Shown here: piece by piece, positions 36,705 through 39,467 of the stretch | Layout of the letters: each line of letters starts with the position of its first letter | How positions within the stretch are numbered: position 1 is the stretch's first letter | Source: a virus | Strand: one strand, 5' to 3' | DNA length: 39,467 bases | Virus genome (UHGV): UHGV-0285531 | Program-made: the position numbers and the translations under genes | The notes under the pieces: model-generated | Told to the model about the DNA's origin: nothing | The model's database searches: none | The model's input: only the letters and a program-made list of their open reading frames with translations

Positions 36705-36710
36705 TTGAAA

Positions 36711-36748
36711 CCCCTTGGGTACCTTCGGGTGCTTGAGGGGTTTTTTTT
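36711..36748 (+). terminator. Tphi-like transcription terminator
   Basis: CCCCUUGGGUACC-UUCG-GGUGCUUGAGGGG followed by U8; closely resembles the T7 Tphi sequence as I recall it. Confidence 0.85.
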
Positions 36749-36763
36749 GCTTAAGGAGGGACT

Positions 36764-36853
36764 ATGTTCCTTATTTACACAGGGTTAGCACTATTCGTCT
36801 TATTCTGGGCGTACCTGCTGTCCAGCTCGCCGTCTAGCCCCTATGACCATTAA
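36764..36853 (+). CDS. hypothetical 29-aa hydrophobic micro-protein between Tphi and gp11
   Basis: ATG 36764 after TTAAGGAGGG; MFLIYTGLALFVLFWAYLLSSSPSSPYDH; not in track (short). Confidence 0.3.
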   Translation: MFLIYTGLALFVLFWAYLLSSSPSSPYDH

Positions 36854-36864
36854 GGAGTAAACCT

Positions 36865-37431
36865 ATGGCTCAGTACATTCCACTGAATGCTAACGATGAC
36901 TTAGACGCCATCAACGATATGTTAGCAGCTATCGGTGAACCAGCAGTCCTACAGCTTGACGAGGGGAACGCTGACGTATCGAACGCTCAACGTATCCTGC
37001 ATCGTGTCAATCGTCAGGTCCAAGCTAAAGGATGGAACTTTAACATTAATGAAGCTGCTGTCCTGACACCTGATGTCCAAGACAACAGGATTCGATTCTT
37101 GCCGTCATACCTTCGTGTAATGACCGCTGGGGCCACCAGCTACTACAGCAACATGGGTGGATACCTGTACGACCTGTCCACTCAGTCCACCACTTTCACC
37201 GACCCTATCACGGTAGAGCTTGTGGAGATGAAGCCATTCTCCGAGATGCCTGTGGTCTTCAGGGACTACATCGTCACTAAAGCTAGCCGTGAGTTCAACG
37301 CTAAGTTCTTCGGTAGCCCAGAGTCTGAACTGTACCTTCGTGAGCAGGAAGCAGAACTCTATCAGCAGGTCATGGAATACGAGATGGATACTGGTCGCTA
37401 CAACATGATGTCCGACATTGGGAGGGACTAA
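36865..37431 (+). CDS. 11: tail tubular protein A (T7 gp11-like)
   Basis: 188 aa; RBS TAAGGAG; position between capsid and gp12. Confidence 0.85.
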   Translation: MAQYIPLNANDDLDAINDMLAAIGEPAVLQLDEGNADVSNAQRILHRVNRQVQAKGWNFNINEAAVLTPDVQDNRIRFLPSYLRVMTAGATSYYSNMGGYLYDLSTQSTTFTDPITVELVEMKPFSEMPVVFRDYIVTKASREFNAKFFGSPESELYLREQEAELYQQVMEYEMDTGRYNMMSDIGRD

Positions 37432-39467
37432 TGCCGCTTATTACTCAATCAATCAAGAACCTTAAAGGTGGCATTAGCCAACAGCCTGATATACTTAGGT
37501 TCTCAGACCAAGGCGAGGAACAGGTTAACTGCTGGTCATCAGAGAGTGATGGCCTCCAGAAGCGCCCACCTACAGTCTTCAAGCGACGTCTTAACATCGA
37601 CGTTGGAAGCAACCCTAAGTTCCACCTGATTAACCGTGATGAGCAGGAGCAGTATTACATCGTGTTCAATGGGTCAAACATTCAGGTAGTTGACTTGAGT
37701 GGTAATCAATACTCAGTGTCAGGTTCGGTAGACTACGTTAAGTCCTCCAACCCACGAGATGACATCCGTGTCGTTACCGTGGCAGACTATACGTTCGTCG
37801 TTAACCGTAAGGTTGTCGTCAAAGGTGGAAGCGAGAAGTCACACTCTGGTTATAACCGCAAAGCACGAGCTTTAATTAACCTACGTGGTGGACAGTATGG
37901 TCGAACCCTTAAGGTGGGAATCAACGGTGGCGTTAAGGTCTCGCATAAGCTACCAGCAGGTAATGATGCCGAGAATGACCCACCTAAGGTGGACGCTCAA
38001 GCCATTGGTGCAGCTCTGAGAGACCTTCTTGTTGCTTCCTATCCTACCTTCACGTTTGACCTTGGGTCTGGCTTCCTGCTAATCACAGCTCCTTCAGGGA
38101 CAGACATTAACTCAGTGGAGACGGAGGATGGCTACGCTAACCAGCTAATAAGCCCAGTCCTAGACACTGTGCAGACAATCTCTAAACTACCTCTTGCCGC
38201 TCCTAATGGGTATATCATTAAGATTCAAGGTGAGACAAACAGTAGCGCCGATGAATACTACGTGATGTATGACTCCAACACTAAGACGTGGAAGGAGACA
38301 GTGGAGCCGGGAGTTGTCACTGGGTTCGATAACACCACAATGCCACACGCTCTGGTACGACAATCTGATGGCTCCTTTGAGTTCAAGACTCTGGATTGGT
38401 CCAAGCGTGGTGCTGGTAACGATGACACAAACCCTATGCCTAGCTTCGTGGATGCTGCGATTAATGATGTGTTCTTCTACAGGAACAGGCTAGGGTTCTT
38501 GTCGGGTGAGAACCTAATCATGAGCCGTTCAGCCAGCTACTTTGCGTTCTTCCCTAAGAGTGTGGCGACACTGAGTGATGATGACCCTATTGATGTAGCT
38601 GTAAGTCACCCTCGAATCTCAATCCTTAAGTATGCCGTTCCGTTTAGCGAGCAGCTACTACTTTGGTCTGATGAGGTTCAGTTCGTGATGACAAGCTCAG
38701 GGGTCCTTACCTCGAAGTCTATCCAGCTTGATGTAGGCTCAGAGTTTGCCTTAGGAGATAATGCCAGACCGTTCGCTGTAGGACGCTCAGTCTTCTTCTC
38801 AGCGCCTCGTGGGTCATTCACCAGCATTAAGCGATACTTCGCTGTAGCAGATGTGTCTGACGTGAAGGATGCCGATGATACCACTGGTCACGTACTATCC
38901 TATATCCCTAACGGGGTGTTTGACATTCAGGGGACAGGGACTGAGAACTACATCTGCGTCAACTCTACAGGTGCATACAACCGAATCTACCTCTACAAGT
39001 TCTTGTTTAAAGACGGCGTACAGCTTCAAGCCTCTTGGTCTCACTGGGAGTTCCCTAAAGCTGATAAGATTCTGGCGTCTGCGTCGATTGGCTCTACCAT
39101 GTTCATTGTTCGTCAGCACCAAGGCGGCGTGGACCTTGAGCACCTTAAGTTCATCAAGGAGGCAACTGACTTTCCGTCAGAGCCATATAGACTCCACGTT
39201 GACTCCAAGGTGTCTATGGTCATCCCAATTGGCTCGTTTAATGCTGACACATATAAGACTACGGTTGACATTGGTGCTGCTTATGGTGGTAATGCTCCGT
39301 CTCCCGGTCGGTACTATCTGATTGACAGTCAGGGTGCTTATTTGGACCTTGGGGACTTGACCAGTATCTCTACTGTGATTACCCTCAACGGCGATTGGTC
39401 AGGACGTACAGTTTTCATCGGGCGGCCCTATCTGATGTCCTACAAGTTCTCACGGTTCCTGATTAAG
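37431..39467 (+). CDS. 12: tail tubular protein B (T7 gp12-like), N-terminal 679 codons; ORF runs off the window end
   Basis: ATG 37431 overlapping gp11 stop (TAATG); frame open to last base (679 complete codons); continues in frame at base 1. Confidence 0.9.
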   Translation, partial: MPLITQSIKNLKGGISQQPDILRFSDQGEEQVNCWSSESDGLQKRPPTVFKRRLNIDVGSNPKFHLINRDEQEQYYIVFNGSNIQVVDLSGNQYSVSGSVDYVKSSNPRDDIRVVTVADYTFVVNRKVVVKGGSEKSHSGYNRKARALINLRGGQYGRTLKVGINGGVKVSHKLPAGNDAENDPPKVDAQAIGAALRDLLVASYPTFTFDLGSGFLLITAPSGTDINSVETEDGYANQLISPVLDTVQTISKLPLAAPNGYIIKIQGETNSSADEYYVMYDSNTKTWKETVEPGVVTGFDNTTMPHALVRQSDGSFEFKTLDWSKRGAGNDDTNPMPSFVDAAINDVFFYRNRLGFLSGENLIMSRSASYFAFFPKSVATLSDDDPIDVAVSHPRISILKYAVPFSEQLLLWSDEVQFVMTSSGVLTSKSIQLDVGSEFALGDNARPFAVGRSVFFSAPRGSFTSIKRYFAVADVSDVKDADDTTGHVLSYIPNGVFDIQGTGTENYICVNSTGAYNRIYLYKFLFKDGVQLQASWSHWEFPKADKILASASIGSTMFIVRQHQGGVDLEHLKFIKEATDFPSEPYRLHVDSKVSMVIPIGSFNADTYKTTVDIGAAYGGNAPSPGRYYLIDSQGAYLDLGDLTSISTVITLNGDWSGRTVFIGRPYLMSYKFSRFLIK

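Overview
This 39,467-bp window reads as an essentially complete, circularly permuted genome of a T7-like lytic podophage (Autographiviridae, Studiervirinae-type layout). All genes I support are on the + strand in the canonical T7 order, but rotated: the window starts inside the tail tubular protein B gene (gp12) and ends inside the same gene, and the two parts join in frame. Order in window: gp12 C-term, core proteins gp13-gp16, a 1064-aa tail fibre carrying an endosialidase (K1-capsule depolymerase) domain, holin, small terminase, spanins, large terminase, gp19.5-like ORF, the physical genome terminus region (single collapsed copy of the terminal repeat, CCTACAG heptamer arrays, sigma70 early promoters), an early region (Ocr plus several uncharacterised small proteins), single-subunit RNA polymerase, the DNA-metabolism block (gp1.1, gp1.2, ATP-dependent ligase, an HNH endonuclease, gp1.7, gp2, SSB, endonuclease I, lysozyme/amidase, primase-helicase, DNA polymerase, gp5.5, gp5.7, exonuclease), then gp6.5-gp7.3, portal, scaffold, capsid gp10A with a -1 frameshift extension (gp10B), Tphi terminator, gp11 and gp12 N-term. 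Eleven copies of a phage-RNAP promoter (consensus cTAAACTATCACTATAGGgA) are present, plus two intrinsic terminators and repeated hairpin elements that look like RNase III processing sites. From memory, the tail fibre and overall layout closely match coliphage K1F; this needs a database search to confirm. No tRNA, rRNA, CRISPR array, integrase or transposase was seen. The many minus-strand ORFs in the six-frame track lie inside + strand genes and are treated as spurious. The most interesting items are the uncharacterised early genes flanking ocr (candidate anti-defence/host-takeover proteins), a phage promoter directly upstream of the RNAP gene, an HNH homing endonuclease overlapping the ligase 3' end, an unassigned gene between endonuclease I and lysozyme, a non-T7 N-terminal module on gp16, and the mosaic endosialidase tail fibre.
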